A DNA stretch of 64,000 nt from an uncultured Christensenella sp. (GCA_964620655.1 CAZUJW010000001.1:20651-84650); one strand, 5' to 3'. Shown: positions 35,927 through 47,012, counted from the stretch's first letter. Program-made: numbers and translations. Notes: generated from the sequence alone by a model not told the origin.

Positions 35927-37555
35927 ATGAATTTAATAGATAACTCGCAGCTTATTGCGATGATAAAAGGCGGACGACAAAATCTCGCGCTAAACAAAGA
36001 TTACGTGGACAGCCTTAACGTTTTTCCCGTGCCCGACGGAGATACCGGTACGAACATGGGACTTACGATGGATTCCACAGTGCGGGAATTGGATGCGCAG
36101 AATCCGACCGAATTCAAGGATACCGCCACGGCTTTCTCAAAAGGAGCACTTAAAGGAGCGAGAGGCAATAGCGGCGTTATTTTAAGCCAGATTTTCAAAG
36201 GCATGAGCGAAACGCTCGCCGAAGCGAAAACCATTACCACCAAGGTATTCGCAAAAGCTCTCTTAAACGGTGCGAATAAGGCGTATAAAGCGGTCACAGT
36301 GCCGAAAGAAGGAACTATCCTTACCGTCATAAGAGTAATAGGAGAACACGCCGTAAAAGTGTCCGCAAGGACTTCCGATTTCGAACAGTTTTTCACTAAA
36401 ATATTAAAACGCGGAGAAGAAGCGTTACAGGACACGCCTAAACTTCTTCCCGTTTTGGCGAAAGCGGGAGTGGTAGACAGCGGCGGACAAGGACTTATGT
36501 ATATCCTTACCGGTATGTATAACGTGCTTGCCGGTATCGAAATGAAACCCGTAGAGCTTAAACCCGTAGCCGTGGCTACCGAAAACAAGATGGTTTCTTT
36601 CGAAAGCGACGCACACGACCTGGAGAATATCAAGTTCGCTTACTGTACGGAATTCTTTATCTTTAATTTGAAAAAGCACGTTACCACCGCCGACATAGAC
36701 AGATTACGCGACCAGTTGCAGACGATAGGCGACTGCGTGCTCGTAGTGGGCGACTTGGAGACCGTTAAAGTTCACGTCCATACGAATAACCCCGACAGGG
36801 CGTTAGGATACGCATTGAAATTAGGGGAACTTAATTTACCGAAAATCGAGAACATGCTCGAACAGAACAGACAGTTGCAGAAATCGAAAAAGGTAAAACG
36901 CAAAAAGAACGGTCTTCTTTCCATTTGCAGCGGCGAAGGCTTCCGCGCTATGTTCAAGGAACTCGGAGCGGACGAAGTTTTGGAAGGGGGACAGACCATG
37001 AACCCAAGCGTCGAAAACATCGTGTCGTTAGTCAACGATATTAACGCCGACACCGTTTTCGTCCTGCCGAACAATAAGAATATAGTCCTTGCCTGCGAAC
37101 AGGCGAAAGATATGGTTGAGTGCGAATTGGTAGTCGTGGCTACCGTTAACGTGCAACAAGGTATCGCTGCGGCTATGTCGTACGACCCCGAAGCGGAAAA
37201 GGACGAATTGGTGGACGTAATGACGAGCGCGTACGGCGGCATATCCGCCATACAGGTTACTCACGCGGTAAGAGATACCGAGATAGACGGTTTCGTACTT
37301 AAATACGGAGATATAATCGCTCTCGAAGACGGAATAGTCGCAAAAGGCGACGATATTAACTACGTAGTTAAGCAAGCCCTGCAAAGGCACGACAAGGACA
37401 GCGTATGTCTTATCACTCTTTATTACGGCGAAGACGTAAAAGAAGAAGACGCCAACGCTCTGTCGGAAGAACTCACTTCGGAGTATCCCGACGCGGATAT
37501 AGTCGTGCTTAACGGCGGACAGGCGCATTACTTCTATCTTATCAGCGTGGAATAA
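35927..37555 (+). CDS. yloV: DAK2-domain fusion protein YloV
   Basis: DAK2 motif PVPDGDTGTNM plus the YloV C-terminal domain. 542 aa. Confidence 0.9.
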   Translation: MNLIDNSQLIAMIKGGRQNLALNKDYVDSLNVFPVPDGDTGTNMGLTMDSTVRELDAQNPTEFKDTATAFSKGALKGARGNSGVILSQIFKGMSETLAEAKTITTKVFAKALLNGANKAYKAVTVPKEGTILTVIRVIGEHAVKVSARTSDFEQFFTKILKRGEEALQDTPKLLPVLAKAGVVDSGGQGLMYILTGMYNVLAGIEMKPVELKPVAVATENKMVSFESDAHDLENIKFAYCTEFFIFNLKKHVTTADIDRLRDQLQTIGDCVLVVGDLETVKVHVHTNNPDRALGYALKLGELNLPKIENMLEQNRQLQKSKKVKRKKNGLLSICSGEGFRAMFKELGADEVLEGGQTMNPSVENIVSLVNDINADTVFVLPNNKNIVLACEQAKDMVECELVVVATVNVQQGIAAAMSYDPEAEKDELVDVMTSAYGGISAIQVTHAVRDTEIDGFVLKYGDIIALEDGIVAKGDDINYVVKQALQRHDKDSVCLITLYYGEDVKEEDANALSEELTSEYPDADIVVLNGGQAHYFYLISVE

Positions 37556-37559
37556 AGGA

Positions 37560-39533
37560 ATGAGCAAAACCCCGCTTACGAACGTCAAAGGCGTCGCCGA
37601 CGCCGTCGAAGCGAAACTCAAATCTCTGTCGATAAACACGGCGGAAGAGCTGTTGGATTTTTTCCCTAAACAATATATAGACCTGTCGATGAGCGTACCG
37701 TTGTCGGACGCAGAAGACGGGTCTTATTGTTTGTTTGACGGAGTAATCGCCGACAAGTCGCAACCGTGGAAGAAAAATTCTTTGCAGATTTTCAACGCTA
37801 CCGCAAAGTGCGGCAATACTTTTATAAGGCTCGTTTGGTTTAATCAGAACTACGTTTCGAAACGACTCGAAATCGGCAAAGAATACGCATTTTTCGGCAA
37901 AATAAAAATTCGCAATTTTAATCTTGAAATGGCAAATCCGAACTTCTGTAAATCGGAAGAACACGACCGTTTTACCGGTATTTGTCCCATATATCCGACC
38001 AAAGGAATAATTCCGCAAGGCACTTTCCGCAATATAATGAAAGAAGCGTTAAAATTTATTCCGGACAGCGTGATAAGCGACGAAAACGAACGAAAATTCG
38101 GACTTATGCCCCTTAAAGAAGCATATTTAGCTATTCATTGCCCGCAAAGTAAAGACGTAAAAGAAGCGTATAAACGGATAGCTGCGGAAAAACTAACCGA
38201 AAGAATAGCGGCTTTTTCTTACGCGAAAGAAAAAGGAAAAACCATAAAAAACAGGCGTTACGACAAGGCAGTGGATTTTAACGAAATGTTAAAAAACTTA
38301 CCGTTTTTACCCACAGATTCGCAGAGTTCTGCCGTTAAAAAAATCGTAAATAATCTGAAAAAAGAAGAGCGAATGAACACCGTTTTGTGCGGCGACGTCG
38401 GCAGCGGAAAAACTCTCGTCGCGGCGATGGCTTGCTTTTTCGTAATAAAAAACGGCTATCAGGCGGCGATAGCCGCGCCCACCGAAATTCTCGCGAAGCA
38501 GCATTATAATTTTTTCGTCAAAGCGTTTGCGAATACGGGTATTGACGTAGGGCTTATTTCAGGCAGTACGCCCGCCGCCGAAAAAAGAAAAATTTATTCC
38601 GCCGCCGCCGACGGAAAACTTAATCTCGTCATCGGCACGCACGCCGTTTTTTCCGACAAACTTAAATTTGCAGACTTAGCGTTGGCGATAGCCGACGAAC
38701 AGCACCGTTTCGGCGTGGCGCAAAGAAATTCTCTTGTGGAAAAAGGTTCTGCCGCCGACGTCCTTACGTTAAGCGCAACGCCCATTCCGAGAACGATGTA
38801 CATAGCGGCGTACGGCGAAGCGGAATTTATTACGATAGACCGAAGAGTAAAGGGCAATATAAAGACTTCGATAGTTACGTCGAAAAAAAGAGCGGATATG
38901 TTCGGGTATATAGCCAAACGCTGTGACGAAACGAAAACTTACGTCATAGCTCCTAAGATTTTCGACGCGGAAGGAATAGAGAGCGAATCCTGCGAAGAAC
39001 TGTATAAAGAAATTTCTCGCTACGTTCCGAAAGAGAAGATAGGACTTATGCACGGCAAGATGAAAGCCGACGAGAAGTCCGCAGTTATGGAAAAGTTCCG
39101 CGACGGAATATACAGGGTGCTCGTGGCTACCACCGTGGTGGAAGTAGGGGTGGACGTACCGGACGCTACGATAATAATAATCACCGACGCCGACAAGTTC
39201 GGTTTGGCGGCGTTACATCAGTTAAGGGGAAGAGTGGGTAGAAACGGCGACCAAAGCTACTGTTTTCTTACGAGCGACAAAGAATGCGACAGGCTTAACG
39301 TGCTTACCGCTAACGACGACGGGTTTAGGATAGCGGAAGAAGATTTTGCTTTACGCGGGGGCGGAGAGATGTTCGGACTCGAACAGGCGGGAGCGAGTTC
39401 TCTTAAATACGTCACCGCAAAAACCTTAAAAATTGCTTCCGCGTGTGCAGAAAGCGTCGATAAAGAGCGTTTTAAGGACAGAATTAACGACGTTATCCGG
39501 AAATTTTCCCTTTCCGACGTTACGTTAGGGTAG
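37560..39533 (+). CDS. recG: ATP-dependent DNA helicase RecG
   Basis: Wedge domain and SF2 helicase motifs (GDVGSGKT, DEQHRFG, TATPIPRT, QLRGRVGR). Confidence 0.95.
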   Translation: MSKTPLTNVKGVADAVEAKLKSLSINTAEELLDFFPKQYIDLSMSVPLSDAEDGSYCLFDGVIADKSQPWKKNSLQIFNATAKCGNTFIRLVWFNQNYVSKRLEIGKEYAFFGKIKIRNFNLEMANPNFCKSEEHDRFTGICPIYPTKGIIPQGTFRNIMKEALKFIPDSVISDENERKFGLMPLKEAYLAIHCPQSKDVKEAYKRIAAEKLTERIAAFSYAKEKGKTIKNRRYDKAVDFNEMLKNLPFLPTDSQSSAVKKIVNNLKKEERMNTVLCGDVGSGKTLVAAMACFFVIKNGYQAAIAAPTEILAKQHYNFFVKAFANTGIDVGLISGSTPAAEKRKIYSAAADGKLNLVIGTHAVFSDKLKFADLALAIADEQHRFGVAQRNSLVEKGSAADVLTLSATPIPRTMYIAAYGEAEFITIDRRVKGNIKTSIVTSKKRADMFGYIAKRCDETKTYVIAPKIFDAEGIESESCEELYKEISRYVPKEKIGLMHGKMKADEKSAVMEKFRDGIYRVLVATTVVEVGVDVPDATIIIITDADKFGLAALHQLRGRVGRNGDQSYCFLTSDKECDRLNVLTANDDGFRIAEEDFALRGGGEMFGLEQAGASSLKYVTAKTLKIASACAESVDKERFKDRINDVIRKFSLSDVTLG

Positions 39534-39685
39534 TCGGATTCCGAAAGATAATTTTACTTTTATGAAAATCGTAAAAAGAGTCGGTTTTTAATTTCAACTT
39601 ACCTATTGATTTTATTATCTTTTTTTGTTATATTATTATATATAATTATTTTCGCTTGCGCGTGAAATACTTTGGAGATAATAAT

Positions 39686-42600
39686 ATGAACAAGTTTAAG
39701 AAAATTTTACTTATAACAATCATCGCTGCGTGCGTGGCAGCGACGGCTCTCGGCTGTACGTCGACCGATACGATAGACTATTCGAGAATAGAATCTATTA
39801 CGGTGGACGAAGCGAGCATTGCCGACGGATTTACCGTATCCGATTTCGATATTTCCAAAGTAAAACTCAACGTAAAGTATCTCGACACCGTCGACAAACT
39901 CGGTTCGGCTAAGACCGGAGAAACCGTTCAGATGTCCGCTACTTTAAGTATGGTCAAGGCGGAAGACAAAGCGAAGTTGAGCGTGGCAGGCACTCATAGC
40001 ATTACGCTTATTTACAGAAAATATACCGTTAATTTCCAGCTCGTGTTGAGAGAAGCTCAGGCAGGCACTTATAAAGTAGTGTTTCTCGATTCCGACGGTA
40101 ACCGTCTCGGCGACCCGCAGAACGTAGCTCCCGGAGGAAGAGCGGTTCAGCCCGCATTGCCGACGAAAGAAGGTTATTCCTTTATCGGTTGGCGCGACAG
40201 AGATACCGGCAGTATGTCCACTTTCGACAACGTGCAGAAAGACCTTACGTTGGAAGCGGTCTACGCCGCCAACGCGTATGAAGTAGGTTTTTACACTAAG
40301 ATAAACGGCGAAGAAGAACTTATTTCCGAAGTCAGCGTACCCCGCGGAGGCAACGCCTACGACTACGCCCCCGAAATCCCCGTAAAGCAAGGTTACAGCA
40401 ACGGCAGATGGGAAAATACCGACGCTATGAAGAACGTAAATTCCGAAGGACTCAAATTTTACGCGATTTACGACGCCGACCAGGTGCAGGCTACTTTCAG
40501 ATATATGCGTTTCGGCACGGCTTACAGTTCTCACAACGTGTCTTACGACGTGGGCAGCGAAATAAAGAACCCGCCCGAACCGTCCCGCGACGGATATAAG
40601 TTCGTCGAGTGGAGAGTAAACGGCAAGAAGGTCGATTTCCCGTACACTATTTACACCGAAGTCACTTTCGAAGCGGTGTACATAAGCATAAACGAAGGCA
40701 ACAAGGGTCTTAAATACGAGTCTACCGTAGACGGCGTGGAAGTAATCGGCTTCGACGGAGAAGAAACGGTAGTCGTCATTCCGAAAGAAGTATCCTTTAA
40801 CGGCGAAATAAAAGAAGTCGTCGGAATAAGGGACGGAGCTTTCGAGGGCAAGAATATAAAAGAATTCGCCGTCGGCGACGACAACGAAAGATTTATTACC
40901 GAAGATAACGTTCTGTACAGTAAGGATAAGACCGTATTGTACGCTTATCCCGTAGGAAAAGCCGACGAAAGTTTCACCCTTTTGGACGGCGTGACCGAAG
41001 TAAGACCGTACGCTTTTTACGGAGCGGAAAACCTTACTTCGATAAAACTTAACGATAATCTCGTCGATATAGGAGATTACGCTTTCGCCGAATGTAAAAA
41101 TCTAACCGAAATAGATATTACGAAATCGGTCGTAAGCATAGGAGAATGGGCGTTTGCCGTTACTTCTTCCGACGGGAAATTAGGTAGAATTGGTTTCGAC
41201 GACGCTTTTGCGTTGGAAGAAATCAAAGATAAAGCCTTCTACGGAGCGGCGGGAGTCAGCGGCATAGCTTTGCCGAGTTCGCTTACTACTCTCGGTTCTT
41301 CCGTGTTCTACGGTTGCAAGTCGTTAAGGGGGATTACCGCTCTAAACAACGGTCACTTCACCGTATACGAAGGGGCGTTATACGACGCCGAGCTTACTAC
41401 TTTATATCTCTATCCCGCTTTGTACGGAGCGGACGCGGCGGCAGGTTACGGCAGTACGTTCAGTCCGCAGATAAGTTTGCCGCAGAGTTGCAACGTCATA
41501 AAAAATGGTGCGTTCGGATACGTAAGAATAAGCTCGGTCGTGATAAGCGGAAATACCGTTATCGAAGAAGGAGCTTTCGACTGCCCGACTTTAAGAAAGG
41601 TATTTATTGACGCCGAGTCGGTGACGGTAAGTCGCGGCACGTTCGGCGACTTCGTACCCGAAATAATAGCCAACGAGGACAAGATAAGTAAAGATTGCAA
41701 AGCGGATCTCGAAAATAAGTTCGGCGACAAACTTACCGTTTGCGACAAGAACACCTGGATGCAAATCCGCGACTTCGAGAACGATTTTATTTACGAAATT
41801 TATTCCTATACCGAAACGACGACTAACGGCTCTACCGTATCGAAAAACGGAATAAGGATACTCGGTTCACGTCAGGTGACGGAAGACCTTTATATACCGT
41901 CCACGCTCGGCAACATATCCGTTACGGCGATAGCCGATTACGCTTTCTACGGCGACGACTTCGCAACGAAAATCTATCTGCCGTCCGACCTTAAAGAGAT
42001 AGGCAAAAGAGCTTTCTCGAATATGGCTAACGTGACCGACGTCACCCTTAACGATACCTTGACGTCGGTAGGCGACTACGCTTTTGCAGACTGCCCCGCG
42101 CTTAGATACGTAAAGGGCGGAACAAATATGACCGACGTGCAGTATTTCGGAAAAGCGATATTCGAAAACACTGCTTTTATTGAAAGAACCGACGAAGAAT
42201 TCCTTATCGTAGGTTGCGTGCTCGTTAAGTTTGCAGGGTTCTCTGCAGAAGTTACCATTCCCGAAAACGTGGAATTTATAGCGGCGGACGCTTTCGTCAA
42301 CCACGGCGAAATCACGAGCGTAAGTTTTGCGGGCGACAAAATAAAAACCATCGACAAAGACGCCTTCCAGTTCTGCAACGGCGTACGCGAAATAAAATTC
42401 CCGTCGTCAATTCGGAAAGTAGCTTCCAAAGCCTTCAATTCCTGCGAAAAACTCGTTCTTGCAAGTTTCTCGACCATTAAAGATTACGCGGGACTCGACG
42501 TAGCGACAGACGCTTTCGGCGACGGAGTCGAAGAGGTTTATAGCGACACCGAATTATTTACTCTTACTTACAGAATAGACGATACCGACAGTTTCCAGGC

Positions 42601-45600
42601 AAGGGGAGTGGTTATAGTAAACGCACATGAAGTCGACAATACTTCCCGTGTGCGTTTTGCGGGTTGGTTTACCGACGAAGAGTTCGCTTCGCCTGCGGAA
42701 TTCCCGATGAAACTCACCGAAGACAAGACCGTGTACGCTAAGTGGATAGGAGTAAGCGCAAGTTCTACGGGTATAGTTTATCGTCTTACCGAAGACGGAA
42801 CTTACGCCGTGGCCGGATACGAAGGCAGCGACAAGTACGTAATTATCCCCAACACTTATATGGGTAAAGCCGTTCAGATAATCGACGACGGAGCGTTCAG
42901 AAACAATAAAAACATAATAAACGTAGAATTGCCGCACACCAAGAACTTCGACGGTTCGTGGTCGTCTAATCTCATAAAGATAGGCGAAGACGCGTTCGAA
43001 GGTACGGCATGGTATGATAATTACAACGGCGATTTCGTCATAATCGACGACTTTTTAATTAAATATAAAGGCAGATCTGCCGTAATCAATATCCCCGATA
43101 ACGTGAAAAAGATAGCCCAAGGCGCGTTTAAGGACAACGGATATATTGTAAAAGCCGTTTTACCCGATACTATTACCGAACTCGACGACGACGTGTTCTA
43201 CGGTTGCTCTAAGTTAAGAACGGTAGTTCTGTCCGAAAACCTCCTGGCGATAGGATATAAGGCGTTCAAGGGCTGTTCGGTCTTGTCGGAAGTTAATTTC
43301 GAAGACTGCAAAAATCTGTCGAGCATAGCTTACGACGCATTCGACGGTACGCTGTGGCTCGGTTCTTACGTAGACCCGTGCGTAATAATCAACGGCGTTT
43401 TGTATAAGTATAACGGCAACGCCGCCACTACTTCGGTACATATCTATAACGGCGTCATAAGCATAGGCGAAAGAGCTTTCGCGGACAACACCGCGTTAAG
43501 AAGAGTTTATATTCCGCAGAGCGTAACGAATATCGGCGAAAGCGCGTTCGAAAATTCTTACGTCGAAGAAATCGTCCTTTACGCGGGCGGTAGTAACGTA
43601 ACGTATATTCAGGACAGAGCTTTCTATAATGCGAAATTCCTTTACGAAATAGACCTTACTTTGGCAAAGAACCTTACTTATATCGGCGAATACGCTTTTG
43701 CCAAATGCAGCATGCTCAAATCAATAGAGATACCTGCGGAAACCGTTACCGTAAGCGAACACGCTTTCGAAAACAGCGGTCTTAACAAAGTGACTTTTGC
43801 AAAGGGAAGCAAACTTACTTCCGTAAGCGCATACGCTTTCAGCGGTTGTACTTCGCTTTTTGAAGTAAGTTTTACCGGCAACAGCGCGCTCGTCAATATC
43901 GGCGAATACGCTTTCTATAATTGCTCGTCGCTGTATTATTTCAACAACAGGGGCGGAGTCCTGGAAAGTATCGGCGACTACGGCTTTTACGGTTGTTCTT
44001 CCCTTACTATGTTCTACGTAAACGAAAACACCCTTTCGTCGATCGGCGACAATGCTCTTAAAGACGTAGGTTATACCACGGGCGAAGACGGGTTCGTCGT
44101 TCTCGGCAACATACTTATAGGATACGAAGGGTACGATACATATATAGTTATCCCCGACAACGTGACCACTATCTATAACGGCGCGTTCGAAGGCAATTCG
44201 AGAATAAAGAGAGTTACTTTCGGCGAAAACAGCTCGATAAGAAACGTAAATTCAAGAGCCTTCTTCGGCTGTACGAACCTTTCCGAAATCAATTTCCCGT
44301 CGTCGATAAATTTCGTGGGCGACGACGTTATGACGGGTACGCAGTGGTATAACGACAAGATAAGAAACGGCGAAGAGTTTATAGTAATATCAAACACTCT
44401 CGTAAAATATAACGGAACGACGGCAAAACGCGTTTATATCCCCAATGAAGTTCAGGTGATAAACAAGGGTGCGTTCGACGGCAGTGTGGTTTTTGACGTA
44501 GCGATAGGCAGTAACGTTCTTTCCATAGAAGACGGAGCTTTCGCGAACGTAGATAACGTGACTTTTGCGGAATGGACGATAACTATATCGGGTTCGGTTC
44601 CGCCCGTAATGAAAGAGTCGGCGAAACTTACCGCAAAATATATAATCATTCCGTCCGAAGATTTAAGAGATATGTACAGACTTGACGAAGGTTGGTACGT
44701 TCAGTACGACCTTGTGCAAGTAATTACCGAATATAAAGTAACTTACGTTATTAAGGAAGAAGAAGGCGAATCGATTGCGGAAGAAAGCGTATACGCATTG
44801 TACGAAGAAAAACAGGTATCCACCAAAACTTACGAAGACAGAAGCTACATTTTCGTAGGTTGGTACTTCGACGAAGGGCTTACTAACGCCGTCACTTATC
44901 CTTATATCCTTACCCGCGATATAACGTTATACGCTAAATGTATCGACAATTCCGTCGGAAGTAACGGTGATTCGTTCCAGACCGCAACCGACGGCGACGG
45001 CAAGGTAATAGAACTCTACGTCGGCGAAAAGGACAACAAAATAGTAATAATCAAGTCGCAGGGCGGCGGAGAAATCACCGCTATCGGAAGCGGTTGGATA
45101 CGCGACGAAATTAATGGCACACATTCGAGAAACGGCGACGAGTATATAGAAGATAAGGTAAACGGCAAATACCGCAGAGCGGGCGCGTTCGAGGGTCACA
45201 CCGAGCTTACCGAAGTTTACTTTGCGGCAGGTTCTTCTGTGAGCGTTATAGGTAAAGACGCTTTTAAGGACTGCACCAACCTTGAAAAAATCGTCCTTCC
45301 GGCAAGCGTAAAGACGATAGAAAGCGGAGCTTTTGAAAACTGTACTTCCTTAAAAGAAATCGTATTCACGGGCGATTGCGACGGTCTGAGCCTTGCTACC
45401 GGAGCGTTCAAAGGCTGTTCTTCTCTCGAAAAAATAACCTTGCCGGCAGGACTTGAAAAACTCGGAGACAAAGCGTTCGAAGGTTGCGTAAAGCTTAAAG
45501 ACATATTCGTAAAAGGCGAAATCGCCGTAAGCATTAGCAGAGATGACAGACCTTTCGAAATAATCGAAGGTATGCGTATCCATATTAAAGCGTCGGCTAT

Positions 45601-45673
45601 GAGCAGTTACTCTGCGACGTGGGAAGCCTACGCCGAATATCTCGTAGGCGAAGAAACCGTCGAGGAGGCGTAA
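39686..45673 (+). CDS. Giant surface lipoprotein with an N-terminal Ig-like domain, Listeria-Bacteroides (Flg_new) repeats and a long BspA-type leucine-rich repeat (LRR_5) region
   Basis: Lipobox AATALGC|T after ATG 39686. Three or more Flg_new-like units (Y.V.F...G......V..G......P.K.GY.F.GW). Dozens of LRR_5 units (I.IP..V..IG..AF..C..L). About 1995 aa. Confidence 0.8.
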   Translation: MNKFKKILLITIIAACVAATALGCTSTDTIDYSRIESITVDEASIADGFTVSDFDISKVKLNVKYLDTVDKLGSAKTGETVQMSATLSMVKAEDKAKLSVAGTHSITLIYRKYTVNFQLVLREAQAGTYKVVFLDSDGNRLGDPQNVAPGGRAVQPALPTKEGYSFIGWRDRDTGSMSTFDNVQKDLTLEAVYAANAYEVGFYTKINGEEELISEVSVPRGGNAYDYAPEIPVKQGYSNGRWENTDAMKNVNSEGLKFYAIYDADQVQATFRYMRFGTAYSSHNVSYDVGSEIKNPPEPSRDGYKFVEWRVNGKKVDFPYTIYTEVTFEAVYISINEGNKGLKYESTVDGVEVIGFDGEETVVVIPKEVSFNGEIKEVVGIRDGAFEGKNIKEFAVGDDNERFITEDNVLYSKDKTVLYAYPVGKADESFTLLDGVTEVRPYAFYGAENLTSIKLNDNLVDIGDYAFAECKNLTEIDITKSVVSIGEWAFAVTSSDGKLGRIGFDDAFALEEIKDKAFYGAAGVSGIALPSSLTTLGSSVFYGCKSLRGITALNNGHFTVYEGALYDAELTTLYLYPALYGADAAAGYGSTFSPQISLPQSCNVIKNGAFGYVRISSVVISGNTVIEEGAFDCPTLRKVFIDAESVTVSRGTFGDFVPEIIANEDKISKDCKADLENKFGDKLTVCDKNTWMQIRDFENDFIYEIYSYTETTTNGSTVSKNGIRILGSRQVTEDLYIPSTLGNISVTAIADYAFYGDDFATKIYLPSDLKEIGKRAFSNMANVTDVTLNDTLTSVGDYAFADCPALRYVKGGTNMTDVQYFGKAIFENTAFIERTDEEFLIVGCVLVKFAGFSAEVTIPENVEFIAADAFVNHGEITSVSFAGDKIKTIDKDAFQFCNGVREIKFPSSIRKVASKAFNSCEKLVLASFSTIKDYAGLDVATDAFGDGVEEVYSDTELFTLTYRIDDTDSFQARGVVIVNAHEVDNTSRVRFAGWFTDEEFASPAEFPMKLTEDKTVYAKWIGVSASSTGIVYRLTEDGTYAVAGYEGSDKYVIIPNTYMGKAVQIIDDGAFRNNKNIINVELPHTKNFDGSWSSNLIKIGEDAFEGTAWYDNYNGDFVIIDDFLIKYKGRSAVINIPDNVKKIAQGAFKDNGYIVKAVLPDTITELDDDVFYGCSKLRTVVLSENLLAIGYKAFKGCSVLSEVNFEDCKNLSSIAYDAFDGTLWLGSYVDPCVIINGVLYKYNGNAATTSVHIYNGVISIGERAFADNTALRRVYIPQSVTNIGESAFENSYVEEIVLYAGGSNVTYIQDRAFYNAKFLYEIDLTLAKNLTYIGEYAFAKCSMLKSIEIPAETVTVSEHAFENSGLNKVTFAKGSKLTSVSAYAFSGCTSLFEVSFTGNSALVNIGEYAFYNCSSLYYFNNRGGVLESIGDYGFYGCSSLTMFYVNENTLSSIGDNALKDVGYTTGEDGFVVLGNILIGYEGYDTYIVIPDNVTTIYNGAFEGNSRIKRVTFGENSSIRNVNSRAFFGCTNLSEINFPSSINFVGDDVMTGTQWYNDKIRNGEEFIVISNTLVKYNGTTAKRVYIPNEVQVINKGAFDGSVVFDVAIGSNVLSIEDGAFANVDNVTFAEWTITISGSVPPVMKESAKLTAKYIIIPSEDLRDMYRLDEGWYVQYDLVQVITEYKVTYVIKEEEGESIAEESVYALYEEKQVSTKTYEDRSYIFVGWYFDEGLTNAVTYPYILTRDITLYAKCIDNSVGSNGDSFQTATDGDGKVIELYVGEKDNKIVIIKSQGGGEITAIGSGWIRDEINGTHSRNGDEYIEDKVNGKYRRAGAFEGHTELTEVYFAAGSSVSVIGKDAFKDCTNLEKIVLPASVKTIESGAFENCTSLKEIVFTGDCDGLSLATGAFKGCSSLEKITLPAGLEKLGDKAFEGCVKLKDIFVKGEIAVSISRDDRPFEIIEGMRIHIKASAMSSYSATWEAYAEYLVGEETVEEA

Positions 45674-45676
45674 AAA

Positions 45677-46783
45677 ATGACCTTGCCGAGAGGATTCGTT
45701 AAACGCGACGTAAAGACCGTTGACGACCGAAAACGACTTATCGAAAAGATAAGTTCCGTCCTTATTCCGTCTGGGTTCAGAGAAGGATATATAGCTACTG
45801 CGTACGATGCGAAATCGAGTTTTCCGCGGGATAGTTTCGACGACAGAATAAAGTTTATCGACAGTGACGGAAGCGTACTGTGTCTTGCGGAAGACGCCGT
45901 GACGTCTCTTTTGCAGTCGGCGGAAAGCGAATACGGCAGAGTCTACGGCTGTTGCGAAAGTTATAAATTTTTCGGAGAGAACAGAAACGAACTTACTTTC
46001 GCTGCGCTTTTGGCGGGAGCGGGCGGAGTGGAAGCGGAAGCGGAACTCATTACCGTAGGCGTAAAGATAATGGAAAAACTCGGTATCCCCGTCGGCGAGA
46101 TACGCTTAGGAAACACCAAAGTATTACAGGGCGTCGCGGAAAGCTGTCTTAAAAAAACCGTATCGAAAACCGATATAAAAAGATATCTGTCGGGGAATAT
46201 TTATTCGGAAGAAGATTATTCCGCAATAAAACTATTGCAGGAAATAGCCTCGGTAAAAGGCGGCGTGAGCGCAATAGGGGCTGCCGCCGAGAAAATAACC
46301 AACAAGCAAAGCGTAGACGGGCTTATATCCCTTTTCGAGCTGTCCAAGATACTCGGAGAATACGGTTATACCGAAAACGTGACTTTCGACCTTGCTTACA
46401 CGGGCAATTTTTACGACAACGGCATTACGTTTTTACTGTGCGACGCCGCAGGCAACAAGATAATAGACGGCGGAAGGCACGATTACTTTACCGACGGAAG
46501 CGTAAAAAGGGTGGTTAGCTTACGGCTCTATCCCGATTATATTCTTTCGTTAAGACCCGAACTCAGGGAGAAAGGACCCGATTTTGACGTGGCGATAGGC
46601 GTAGCCGACGGAATAAACGCTCTTAAAGCGGCATATAGATTAAAGAACGGACTTATAGACGAAGGTCTTAAAGTTATGATAACGTACAAAGCAGAGAAAG
46701 AAAGTTTTGCTAAATTCGCCGCCGAAATGAAAATAGAAAACGTGATTTTCATCGACGCCGACGGCAATGTTAAGTACGAATGA
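45677..46783 (+). CDS. HisZ-like class II aaRS paralog (ATP phosphoribosyltransferase regulatory subunit-like), functional assignment uncertain
   Basis: LPRGF.(K)RD N-terminus, a HisRS-like core (GGRHDYF vs GGRYD) and a C-terminal alpha/beta domain. The GAGGAGG SD lies inside the end of the LRR gene. No other his genes are in the window. Confidence 0.55.
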   Translation: MTLPRGFVKRDVKTVDDRKRLIEKISSVLIPSGFREGYIATAYDAKSSFPRDSFDDRIKFIDSDGSVLCLAEDAVTSLLQSAESEYGRVYGCCESYKFFGENRNELTFAALLAGAGGVEAEAELITVGVKIMEKLGIPVGEIRLGNTKVLQGVAESCLKKTVSKTDIKRYLSGNIYSEEDYSAIKLLQEIASVKGGVSAIGAAAEKITNKQSVDGLISLFELSKILGEYGYTENVTFDLAYTGNFYDNGITFLLCDAAGNKIIDGGRHDYFTDGSVKRVVSLRLYPDYILSLRPELREKGPDFDVAIGVADGINALKAAYRLKNGLIDEGLKVMITYKAEKESFAKFAAEMKIENVIFIDADGNVKYE

Positions 46784-46833
46784 AAGGGATTGCGACAGAA
46801 TAAAATTTTTTTTGAAAAACTACCGCAAATCTC

Positions 46834-46862
46834 TTGCAATTTCCTGAGTAGTTTGGTATTAT
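46834..46862 (+). promoter_or_regulatory. Sigma-A-like promoter of the tRNA cluster
   Basis: TTGCAA, 17-nt spacer, TATTAT. It lies about 50 nt upstream of tRNA-Gly. Confidence 0.5.
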
Positions 46863-46910
46863 ATTTAAGCAAAGCAGCGGCAACGTACTTTGCGGAACAT
46901 ATGAAAGTTT

Positions 46911-46985
46911 GCGGGAGTGGCTCAGTGGTAGAGCGTTGCCTTGCCAAGGCAAATGTCGCGGGTCCGAATCCCGTCTCCCGCTCCA
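46911..46985 (+). tRNA. tRNA-Gly (anticodon GCC), CCA encoded
   Basis: Cloverleaf folded by hand: acceptor gcgggag/ctcccgc, anticodon loop ttGCCaa, T-loop tccgaat. Confidence 0.9.
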
Positions 46986-47012
46986 ACTTTTACTAAACTC
47001 CAGAGTGGATAT

